From: an uncultured Chthoniobacter sp.
Lineage (GTDB): Bacteria > Verrucomicrobiota > Verrucomicrobiia > Chthoniobacterales > UBA6821
Direction: 5' to 3'
Length of the DNA: 64,000 bases
NCBI GenBank assembly: GCA_964402065.1
Contig: CAYOAN010000002.1
Span: 89,107-153,106, forward strand
Under the pieces are notes generated by a model. The model made no database searches and was not told the DNA's origin. It was given only the letters and a program-made list of their open reading frames with translations. Made by a program: the position numbers and the translations under genes. Shown here piece by piece: positions 9,986 to 18,186 of the stretch (positions are counted from its first letter, which is position 1; each line of letters opens with the position of its first letter).

Positions 9986-10005
9986 ATTGGCAACATTTAT
10001 CAATA

Positions 10006-10767
10006 ATGACTCGACCTTTAGAAGCTGTAATCGATTTTAAAAAAGCGGCTATTCAATATTCTCTTTCTCAAGCTTTGATTTTTCAGCAATTGCCGCCAGC
10101 TGATTTAGAGCGTATTGCCAGCTATACAACTCTTCGTGGCTTGGCGCGGCATGAATATCTTTTTCGCCAACATGATCCTGTTTTTGGATTTTTCATTGTA
10201 AGATCAGGCCTTGTTAACGTGCATCGAATCAACGCCGATCAGCAAGAACAGGTTGTTCACCTCATTCATCCAGGAGAATCTTTTGCAGAACGAGCGTTGA
10301 CCTCGCTCTCGGGTTACCCTGTTCATGCTCGTGCAGTAGAAGAGAGTGAAGTTATTGTCATCCCAAGTGAGGAATTTAAACAGCACCAAAAAGAGAGTCC
10401 AGATCTTGCATGGGGGATGATTTCTTCTATCGATAAACATCTTTGCTCTCTGGTAACGACCTTAGAGGGGCTACAACTTAAAGATGTTGAATTGCGATTA
10501 CTTCACTGGCTTTTGCAGCATGTCTCTTCACATCAATCAACTGAGGCTATAGAAGTTTTTCTTGAAATAACAAAGAAAGAATTAGCAGCGACACTTGCTA
10601 TCTCGCGTGAGACCTTATCACGACTTTTAAAAAAGCTTCAAAATGCCAGTATGATTAAAGTGAAGCTGCGCTCAGTAATTATCCTGAATCCATCATGGTT
10701 ACATGATTATTTTCAGAAAAGACGCTTGCACCTCAATGCTGCGAATGATGCTTGTTTAGAAGCATAG
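10006..10767 (+). CDS. Crp/Fnr family transcriptional regulator
   Basis: 253 aa with a cNMP-binding-like beta-roll region and a C-terminal HTH (ITKKELAATLAISRETLSRLLKKL). It has no N-terminal Cys cluster, so it is not a classical oxygen-sensing FNR. Confidence 0.85.
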   Translation: MTRPLEAVIDFKKAAIQYSLSQALIFQQLPPADLERIASYTTLRGLARHEYLFRQHDPVFGFFIVRSGLVNVHRINADQQEQVVHLIHPGESFAERALTSLSGYPVHARAVEESEVIVIPSEEFKQHQKESPDLAWGMISSIDKHLCSLVTTLEGLQLKDVELRLLHWLLQHVSSHQSTEAIEVFLEITKKELAATLAISRETLSRLLKKLQNASMIKVKLRSVIILNPSWLHDYFQKRRLHLNAANDACLEA

Positions 10768-10802
10768 TGGAGGGAAAAAGTCCATTTGCATCTATTAGAT
10801 CG

Positions 10803-12617
10803 ATGAGCTGCACAGGAATACTTTTAATGTTAGAGAAACGACCTTTCTTATTAAGTTTAGTTGTTGTCTCGTTAATGGGGTATAAGTTCTCGACTTTAGG
10901 GCACCATGATGTTCAGCAGAAAACCAACTGTGTTAAGAGTAATACGGTAATCGCTCACTTAACGCAGGGGGTGTTGCCGACAAAACAAAAAAATGATGAG
11001 CAGCGGTCAGCACGCTCCTTTGCACGCATTCCTTCTCCTCTTAATCGCCCATCAGAGGAAGAACTATTGATTTTTCATGAAGCAAAGGTGCTGGAATCAG
11101 CAGAGGTCGAGGGTCCAGAACCAGGACAAAAAACACGAATACGCCTTTTAAAAATTCCTAGCAAATATCCACTGCTTCGAACGGAGGAAATTATCGATAC
11201 AAAAAATGATAGTGTCTGTTCACGTGCTGAGATGGCAGCTGATCATTTTTTGGTGACATTGGCTCCAAGTGAAGACCCTAAAGATTTTTTTAGTAAAATG
11301 GGAGAGCGAGTAGCGTCGATGACACGAATCAGCGAAGAAGCGCTGCTTTATCGTGTTGACCTTGCTTCAACCTCGTTGCAAGGGCTTCCAGAGGCTTTAC
11401 AGGAAAGCGATCAGCTGGCTTGTGGAATAGGGGAGCCTGATTTAATGATTCACGGAAGAGATGCCGCAACGACGGTTACGCCTAATAATAAACTCTATGC
11501 GTGTCAATGGGCTCTATTAGGAGATCGCGACTATTTACAGCATCAAGTTTATGAAACTGATGGAAGTGTTTCGATTCCTCCTCCTTGGCATAAGATTTCT
11601 ATTGCTTATGGAATCAATGCTCCAGCCGCATGGCGTATTAGAACTGATGCCTCTTCAGTTATTGTTGCTATTGTCGATTCAGGTATTCGATACACTCATG
11701 AATCTTTAGCAGCCAATATCTGGAATAATCCTTTTCCTTCTGCTAAGAACGATCTTCATGGTTGGAATGCTGTCAATGATAATGGCGATCCGATGGATGA
11801 TGGAGTTATCGGTCATGGGACACGTAATGCCGGCATTATTGGAGCTGTTGGCAACAATGGTATTGGAGTGTGTGGAGTTGCTTGGAAGGTGCAGCTCATG
11901 GCTTGCAAATACTTGAATCAATTTGGAAGTGGTTTTATATCAGATGAAATTGTCTCTCTGGATTATGCGCGCATACATGGAGCACAAATCATTAATGGTA
12001 GTTTTGGTAGTTTGTTTTGGAGTTGGGCTGAATATGCAGTTTACAAGCGCCTTCATGATGCAGGTTTGATTGTTGTCTGTGCTGCATTAGAAGGATATTC
12101 AAACGGTAACCAATGGCCTGTCAATCTTAGTACAGAGGTTCTTAATTATCCTTGTGATTATCAATTTGACAATATTGTGAATGTGACAGCTCTTTCTCGA
12201 CAAGGTGAACTTTGTGACTTTTGCAATATTGGACCTGCTACGATTGGTCTGGCGGCTCCTGGAGAGTGGATTCTGTCGACATCAAATGAATCAGACTCTG
12301 CTTGTAGCGTGAGAAGTGGCACATCTTATGCAGCTCCTTTTGTGACAGGGGCGTTGGCACTTTTACAAGCACAATTTCCGAATGAATCCTATCAAGAGCT
12401 CATTGCACGTCTTCTTCGAAATGTTACTCCCGTGCCAGCTCTTAAAGGAAAAATTATTACCGGAGGGACACTTAATATTGCAAAAGCATTGATGGGATCA
12501 ACACCAACAAAAGATGCATTTTATCATCCTCAAGAAAGTTGGGGGAGTTGGATGCAGTCATTCAATCAGTCAAGCGACAACTGGAGTTTTTCAGCTTGGT
12601 ATGGATCTGATTGGTAG
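10803..12617 (+). CDS. Subtilisin-like serine protease (peptidase S8) with an N-terminal membrane/signal segment
   Basis: The catalytic triad contexts are VAIVDSGI (Asp), HGTRNAGIIGA (His) and SGTSYAAPFVTGALALL (Ser). I prefer the ATG at 10803; the ORF track's TTG at 10752 would overlap the regulator gene. Confidence 0.8.
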   Translation: MSCTGILLMLEKRPFLLSLVVVSLMGYKFSTLGHHDVQQKTNCVKSNTVIAHLTQGVLPTKQKNDEQRSARSFARIPSPLNRPSEEELLIFHEAKVLESAEVEGPEPGQKTRIRLLKIPSKYPLLRTEEIIDTKNDSVCSRAEMAADHFLVTLAPSEDPKDFFSKMGERVASMTRISEEALLYRVDLASTSLQGLPEALQESDQLACGIGEPDLMIHGRDAATTVTPNNKLYACQWALLGDRDYLQHQVYETDGSVSIPPPWHKISIAYGINAPAAWRIRTDASSVIVAIVDSGIRYTHESLAANIWNNPFPSAKNDLHGWNAVNDNGDPMDDGVIGHGTRNAGIIGAVGNNGIGVCGVAWKVQLMACKYLNQFGSGFISDEIVSLDYARIHGAQIINGSFGSLFWSWAEYAVYKRLHDAGLIVVCAALEGYSNGNQWPVNLSTEVLNYPCDYQFDNIVNVTALSRQGELCDFCNIGPATIGLAAPGEWILSTSNESDSACSVRSGTSYAAPFVTGALALLQAQFPNESYQELIARLLRNVTPVPALKGKIITGGTLNIAKALMGSTPTKDAFYHPQESWGSWMQSFNQSSDNWSFSAWYGSDW

Positions 12618-12763
12618 GTGAAAAACTCCGCAATTTCCAAGTAATTTGGCTGTGATTGAGTTAAAAACAATTCGCTTTTATGCTTCGCTGATAGTTCAAA
12701 CTAGCTGTGTTCTCATTACATCACAGTATCATGAGAGGTAACGCGTTGTCTTCGGAGTTGTCG

Positions 12764-12926
12764 TATAGTGTATGAAATTGAAAAAGGCACGCCATAAGCT
12801 TGCTCTTTTTCCTTAGGACTGCGTTCTCAGATCTTACGTTATCTTCGGATAACGTAAGATCTTCGGCTTTGTCCTAAGAAAAAATGTCGGCGCTTCTAAC
12901 ATGCTCTCTTTAAGTTAAGGAGCTAT
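12764..12926. mobile_element. MITE-like palindromic repeat, family A, copy 1
   Basis: It aligns along its length with the copies at 37605-37766 and 44022-44198. It contains a perfect 15-bp stem with a TTCG loop at 12828-12861. The right terminal repeat is degenerate. Confidence 0.6.
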
Positions 12927-12933
12927 CGTACTA

Positions 12934-12974
12934 AAAAAAGAAAGGACTGCAATGATGCAGTCCTTCGCTTTTTT
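12934..12974. terminator. Bidirectional rho-independent terminator between the convergent protease and rpsI genes
   Basis: The stem aggactgca / tgcagtcct closes an atga loop. An A-run lies upstream and tcgctttttt lies downstream. Confidence 0.6.
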
Positions 12975-12993
12975 GATAGATTTTATATACAGT

Positions 12994-13431
12994 TTAGCGT
13001 TTCGAGAACTGGAAGCGCTTACGAGCACCAGCGCGGCCTGGTTTGTTACGCTCACGACGACGAGGATCGCGGGTTAGGAGGCCATTCTGTTTTAAAATAG
13101 GACGGTGCTCAGCGTCGATTTCATTGAGAGCGCGAGCAATAGCAAGGCTCAGTGCACCTGCTTGGCCATTGAGACCACCACCATGAGTTTTAACCACAAC
13201 GTCGTAAGTCTTAATGGCGTTCACTGTTTCAAATGGCTTCAGAACTTTATTCTGCATTGAAACTGTTGTGAAGTAGTCAGAAAAATCACGACCGTTAACG
13301 CGGATTTTTCCAGAGCCGCTAGTCAGACGAATGGTTGCTACTGCAGTTTTGCGTCGGCCTGTAGTAGTAATTTTATCTGCCTTAGTGAGAGCTTTAGGAG
13401 CTTTAGAAGGAGTGGCTGTGTTTTCGGACAT
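12994..13431 (-). CDS. rpsI: 30S ribosomal protein S9
   Basis: The C-terminus reads ...GLLTRDPRRRERNKPGRAGARKRFQFSKR, the S9 signature. Confidence 0.95.
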   Translation of the reverse strand: MSENTATPSKAPKALTKADKITTTGRRKTAVATIRLTSGSGKIRVNGRDFSDYFTTVSMQNKVLKPFETVNAIKTYDVVVKTHGGGLNGQAGALSLAIARALNEIDAEHRPILKQNGLLTRDPRRRERNKPGRAGARKRFQFSKR

Positions 13432-13459
13432 GGGAAAAAAGAAAAAAGTTTAGGGATGT

Positions 13460-13882
13460 TTAAGCTGCTTGTGGATTTTGCATCTCATGAGGATGCTCTG
13501 AGCCGCTATAAACGCGAAGTTTTCTATAGATTGTTGCCCCTAAACGATTGTGAGGAATCATTCCTTTGACAGCTTTTTCGATAAGTAGTTCCGGACGGCG
13601 TTCGCGACGTTGACGGAATGTTTCTGACTTATGGCCTCCAACAAATCCCGAGAAGCTCATATAAGTTTTTTGAGTTTCTTTTTTGCCTCCGATTTGAACC
13701 TCAGCTGCGTTGATCACGATAACGTAATCACCAGTATCAACGTGAGGAGTGAAAATAGCTTTGTTTTTACCACGAAGGAGATTGGCTGCTTTGACAGCAA
13801 CATGGCCTAGGTATTGATTTTTAGCATCGATGATCCACCATTGGCGTTTCACCTCATTAGCTTTTGCAGAGAAAGTCTTCAT
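13460..13882 (-). CDS. rplM: 50S ribosomal protein L13
   Basis: MKTFSAKANEVKRQWWIIDAKNQYLGHVAVKAANLLRGKNK... is typical of L13. The gene is adjacent to rpsI, as in the conserved operon. Confidence 0.95.
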   Translation of the reverse strand: MKTFSAKANEVKRQWWIIDAKNQYLGHVAVKAANLLRGKNKAIFTPHVDTGDYVIVINAAEVQIGGKKETQKTYMSFSGFVGGHKSETFRQRRERRPELLIEKAVKGMIPHNRLGATIYRKLRVYSGSEHPHEMQNPQAA

Positions 13883-13946
13883 TGAAATTTACGGAATACG
13901 GGAAAGAGGGAATAAGGTAGACGAAAATGAAACCATGTCAAGTTCT

Positions 13947-14372
13947 TTATTGAGATGGAAGTTGAGGTTTTTTGGGAGGATCAATTTTAATGACGGGCAA
14001 AGGAATTCGGAGCTGCAATTGCTGATCAAGGTACACTTCAATGTGGTAGACGCCAAAGCGTTGAAATTGGAGGCTTCCAAAAAAGTGAACATTAGTAGCG
14101 TTAGCACTCATATGCTGAAGACTAAAATTAACAGAGGCTTCTGCAATCGGTTTTTCTTCTTCGGTGTCGACAATAACTGTGCGTTGAGAAAAATTGCCAA
14201 GCCCGCCACACCAACGTGTCCAAAAGCAGAGTTTAAAAAAACCGATTGGAACTGTTGGGGTAGGGATGGCACTTAAGACGCCAACCAATGTTTGCTGTCC
14301 GCTCATTTCGGCGCGCACATCTTCGCAGAGAAGAGCTGCTTGAAGGTCAGGTAAAATAGTTTCGGTATTCAT
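13947..14372 (-). CDS. Conserved hypothetical protein (possibly DUF6941-like)
   Basis: 141-aa ORF with no hydrophobic segments. The LLCEDVRAEMSGQQTLVGV pattern resembles a family of unknown function that I recall only loosely. Confidence 0.5.
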   Translation of the reverse strand: MNTETILPDLQAALLCEDVRAEMSGQQTLVGVLSAIPTPTVPIGFFKLCFWTRWCGGLGNFSQRTVIVDTEEEKPIAEASVNFSLQHMSANATNVHFFGSLQFQRFGVYHIEVYLDQQLQLRIPLPVIKIDPPKKPQLPSQ

Positions 14373-14581
14373 AAAATCTCGTTTTAAATGCTACTCTTGA
14401 GGCACAGGGCCGTGTCGCTACGGCGTGTTAGGATGCTCATATGCACACGCTGCAGACCTGCTTTATTATTTCTTGTTTTGCATTCACAGTAGCGTGTTTG
14501 AATGAGACTCTGGGCATGTGATAGCAGCACTATTTTTCATATTTTATTCTTCAAAAGATCGTATTTGCTACAGGTTGTAGG

Positions 14582-15439
14582 TTACAGGAAAAAATAGTTG
14601 AGGAAAAAAATAAAGACAGATGCCGTAAGGCAGTAGAATCCAAAAAACTTCCAGCGCCCGCCTTCGAGCCAGCGAGAGAGCCAGCGTAAGGCAAGAAGCC
14701 CTGCAAAAAAACTAAAGACCATACCGACGAGGCTTTGGAAGAAGAGATGATGCAAGGGACCGTCGCTGCTGAACACATGAGCGTGTAGAAGTCGATGTAC
14801 TTCTTTTGCAATGACAACAGGAGTGAGAATCACAGCGAGAGCAAAACTAAATTCTTCAATCTTTTTTTTAGAAAGACCAAGAAGTAATCCTGTTGAAATA
14901 GTAGAACCAGAGCGCGAGAAGCCACGAAATGGAAGACAGAGACCTTGAACCAGTCCGATCAAAAAAGCTTGTTTGGAAGAGAGAGAGGAGGATGGTGCTA
15001 CTTTCTCTTCGCGATTTCCCGCATAAATCATGAAGAGACCGATTGCTGCAAGTGCTGTTGCAATCAAGGGAAGATTGGAAAAAAGCATTTCAATTTCAGC
15101 GTGAGGAGTGCCGCGTAAGAAGATTTTTTCGATGATAATTTTTAATCCGAGGCCAACGATGCCAGTGCACATTGTCGCTAAGAGTACTTGCTTTGCAAAA
15201 GACCATGCCGTTGCTGAAGAGGAAAAATAGTCCCGTTTCCATCCCTTCCAAAAATACGCAATTACAGCAAACATTGTTCCTGTATGAAGCATGACAAGAA
15301 GTAGGGTCATTGTAGGAGCCGAAGGATCAAGGCCCATTAATTTTTCTGCAACAATGACGTGAGCAGAACTCGAAACGGGAAGGAGTTCGCAAGCTCCTTG
15401 GATGATAGCGAGAATGAGGATTTGAAAGTAGGTCAACAT
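14582..15439 (-). CDS. uppP: Undecaprenyl-diphosphatase
   Basis: The N-terminus QGACELLPVSSSAHVI and the motif FRGFSRSGSTISTG are BacA/UppP signatures. The protein has multiple TM segments. Confidence 0.9.
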   Translation of the reverse strand: MLTYFQILILAIIQGACELLPVSSSAHVIVAEKLMGLDPSAPTMTLLLVMLHTGTMFAVIAYFWKGWKRDYFSSSATAWSFAKQVLLATMCTGIVGLGLKIIIEKIFLRGTPHAEIEMLFSNLPLIATALAAIGLFMIYAGNREEKVAPSSSLSSKQAFLIGLVQGLCLPFRGFSRSGSTISTGLLLGLSKKKIEEFSFALAVILTPVVIAKEVHRLLHAHVFSSDGPLHHLFFQSLVGMVFSFFAGLLALRWLSRWLEGGRWKFFGFYCLTASVFIFFLNYFFL

Positions 15440-15582
15440 GATTGAAGGATGAAGTAATGAGTAATGGAGTGATTGCTATTTTTAAAAGTTTTATTTCTCT
15501 AAGATGCCATTCTGTTAAAATAAAAAAATCAAAAGTCGATAACATTATATCGTATCTATCACTCATAACTCATTACTTTTTT

Positions 15583-16740
15583 ATGGTCTATCTCGATTAC
15601 AATGCCACCACACCCTTATGCAAAGAGTCTTGGGAAGCGATGGTTCCTTGGTTGCAGCCAGATCAAAAAAATTATGGAAACCCTTCAAGTATTCATGCGT
15701 TGGGACGTTCTGCTCGTGCTGCGATTGACGACGCTCGTGATCAATGGGCTCATTGGCTTGGCGCTAAATCGCACGAAATTATTTTTACAGGTGGAGGAAC
15801 GGAGAGTGATAATCTTGCAATTATTGGGCTGGCTAGACGGCATCAACATCACGGTCAACATCTGATTACAGCATCGACAGAGCATCATGCCGTATTGCAT
15901 GCAATGAAATTTCTGGAGAAGTACGAAAATTTTAAAGTGACTTATCTTCCTGTTGACCACGATGGTTTGATCAACCCTGAGCAACTTCGTGAAGCTTTAC
16001 GTCCGGATACAATTTTAGTTTCGATCATGCAGGCCAATAATGAGACGGGAACGATCCAGCCGATTGCAGCATGTGCGGCGCTTTGCCGTGAAAGAAATGT
16101 TTTATTTCACACCGATGCTGTTCAAAGTTTTGGAAAAATTCGATCATTGCCAAATGCGCTTGGCGTTGATGCCTGGTCGATAGCAGCTCACAAATTTTAC
16201 GGGCCAAAAGGAATTGGATTGCTTTGGGTGCGCTCTGGAACCTCAATCCAAAGCCTTCACCATGGCGGTGCTCAGGAAGGAGATCGGCGTCCAGGGACAG
16301 AAGATGTAGCCTCAGTAGTTGGAATGACTGCGGCTGCAGCAGTAGCGCTGAGAGAACTTGCCGAGGGAAAAGAAGTCGTGCGTGAGCTAGCACTACGTGA
16401 AAATCTTTGGGAAGGAATTCAAAAAATTTATCCTCAAGCTATGCGACATGGTTCTCCAGAAAAGACCCTCTGTAACACGCTCAACGTCAGTTTTCCGGGA
16501 TGTGATGGAGAGACGCTGCTCATGGCTCTTGACCTAGAAGGAATTTGTCTTTCCAGTGGCTCTGCTTGCATGGTTGGTTCAATACAAGCTTCACATGTGC
16601 TCGAGGCGATGGGAGTTAGTGTAGAAGAAGCACAGCGAGCCGTACGATTTTCTTTGGGACGTGGAACGACACAAGAGGAAATTGTAACAACAATAGCAGC
16701 CTTACAGCGAGTGCTTGGACGACAGAAAAAGCTAGACTAA
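15583..16740 (+). CDS. Cysteine desulfurase (NifS/IscS class)
   Basis: MVYLDYNATTPL..., the PLP lysine context SIAAHKFYGPKG and the catalytic Cys context LSSGSAC are all present. The ATG at 15583 is preferred over the 47-codon upstream extension in the ORF track. Confidence 0.9.
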   Translation: MVYLDYNATTPLCKESWEAMVPWLQPDQKNYGNPSSIHALGRSARAAIDDARDQWAHWLGAKSHEIIFTGGGTESDNLAIIGLARRHQHHGQHLITASTEHHAVLHAMKFLEKYENFKVTYLPVDHDGLINPEQLREALRPDTILVSIMQANNETGTIQPIAACAALCRERNVLFHTDAVQSFGKIRSLPNALGVDAWSIAAHKFYGPKGIGLLWVRSGTSIQSLHHGGAQEGDRRPGTEDVASVVGMTAAAAVALRELAEGKEVVRELALRENLWEGIQKIYPQAMRHGSPEKTLCNTLNVSFPGCDGETLLMALDLEGICLSSGSACMVGSIQASHVLEAMGVSVEEAQRAVRFSLGRGTTQEEIVTTIAALQRVLGRQKKLD

Positions 16741-16751
16741 AACGCTCGGAG

Positions 16752-18047
16752 TTATAAGACGCCCACGTTTTGTAGCTTGGCTTCCACGTGCTTGAAGTGT
16801 CGTTCTGGAGCACAGATTTTTTCTAACTCCTCAGGGGAGAGGTGAGTGCTAATCTCAGGCTCTTCACGGAGGGATGTTGCAAAGGGTATGCCTTCTTTCC
16901 AAGTCCGCATGGCTGCTCGTTGAACGGCTTCATAGGCTGTTTTGCGGGCGAGACCACGATCCGTAAGTTCTAATAAAACAGCTTGGCTTCCATAAAGGCC
17001 GCGGGTGATTTCCATGTTGCGGGCCATATTTTCGGGATAAACATGGAGTCCTTCTACGAGCTTAGTGAGGAGGTGTAACATGTAGTCTAGAAGCGTGCAT
17101 GAGTCGGGAAGAATGATTCGCTCAACGCTGCTATGGCTGATGTCTCGTTCATGCCAGAGAGCTACATTTTCCATGGCTGCCTGAGCATTGCCGCGCAAGA
17201 CCCGCGCCAGGCCGCAGAGGCGCTCGCCTGTGATAGGGTTACGCTTGTGAGGCATAGCAGAGCTGCCTTTTTGGCCTTCATGAAAGTGCTCTTCGACCTC
17301 GAGGACTTCTGTTCGTTGTAAATGACGAAATTCCGTTCCCCAGCGATCAATGCTACAGCCAATAAGGGCAAGTGTCGTGACAAACTCAGCATGGCGGTCG
17401 CGTTGGAGAATTTGTGTCGAAAGAGGTGAGGGGTGTAATCCTAATTTTTCACAAACAAAAGCTTCAACTTGCGGATCGAGGTGAGCATGCGTGCCGACAG
17501 CGCCACTCAATTTTCCCACAGCGACACGATGCCGTGTTTGTTGAAGGCGTTCAATAGCACGACTGAATTCATCATACATCAGCCCTAATTTCAGCCCAAA
17601 AGTGATTGGCTCTGCATGAATACCATGGCTTCGTCCAATCATCGGCGTGAGCCGGTACTCCTTCGCTTGTCTGGCAATAGCTTGTTGAAGCTCGTTCAAG
17701 TCTTGTAAGAGAAGGTCAATGGAAGCTGTCATTTGAACTGCTAGGGTCGTATCGAGCAAGTCAGAAGAAGTAAGGCCACGATGAATCCAGCGTGCAGGTT
17801 CGCCAACGTGAGACGCAACATTTTCTAAAAAGGCAATGACATCATGATTTGTTCGTCTTTCAATTTCTTTGACGGCTTCTAGCGAAAAAGTACCTCGCTC
17901 ACGGATTGCCTTAGCATCTTCTTTGGGCATAATTCCAATTTCTGCCATCGCTTCACAGGCGAGGGTTTCAATTTCGAGCCAAATTTCACACTTGCGCTGT
18001 TCTGACCAAAGAGCACGCATTTCAGGTAAGCTATAACGTTCAATCAT
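16752..18047 (-). CDS. purB: Adenylosuccinate lyase
   Basis: It has the fumarate-lyase family signature GSSAMPHKRNP and a typical PurB N-terminus, MIERYSLPEMRALW. The ATG at 18047 follows the GTG at 18050. Confidence 0.92.
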   Translation of the reverse strand: MIERYSLPEMRALWSEQRKCEIWLEIETLACEAMAEIGIMPKEDAKAIRERGTFSLEAVKEIERRTNHDVIAFLENVASHVGEPARWIHRGLTSSDLLDTTLAVQMTASIDLLLQDLNELQQAIARQAKEYRLTPMIGRSHGIHAEPITFGLKLGLMYDEFSRAIERLQQTRHRVAVGKLSGAVGTHAHLDPQVEAFVCEKLGLHPSPLSTQILQRDRHAEFVTTLALIGCSIDRWGTEFRHLQRTEVLEVEEHFHEGQKGSSAMPHKRNPITGERLCGLARVLRGNAQAAMENVALWHERDISHSSVERIILPDSCTLLDYMLHLLTKLVEGLHVYPENMARNMEITRGLYGSQAVLLELTDRGLARKTAYEAVQRAAMRTWKEGIPFATSLREEPEISTHLSPEELEKICAPERHFKHVEAKLQNVGVL

Positions 18048-18186
18048 CACAGGATTATCTTTGAAGGAAGCTTTCGTGAAAAGAGTTTTATAAAAAATGA
18101 AGCAAAAATTTTCAGGGTTGCCTTTGATCTAGACATGCAGTTCAATGTCGAACCTTTGGAGTTTTTTTCTCCCCCTATCCCATTTT

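Noticed and set aside
15442-15582. The 47-codon N-terminal extension of the first cysteine desulfurase in the ORF track.
   Set aside because: The extension is AT-rich and Lys/Ile/Ser-biased with no homology to the family. The conserved N-terminus (LDYNATTP) begins right after the ATG at 15583.
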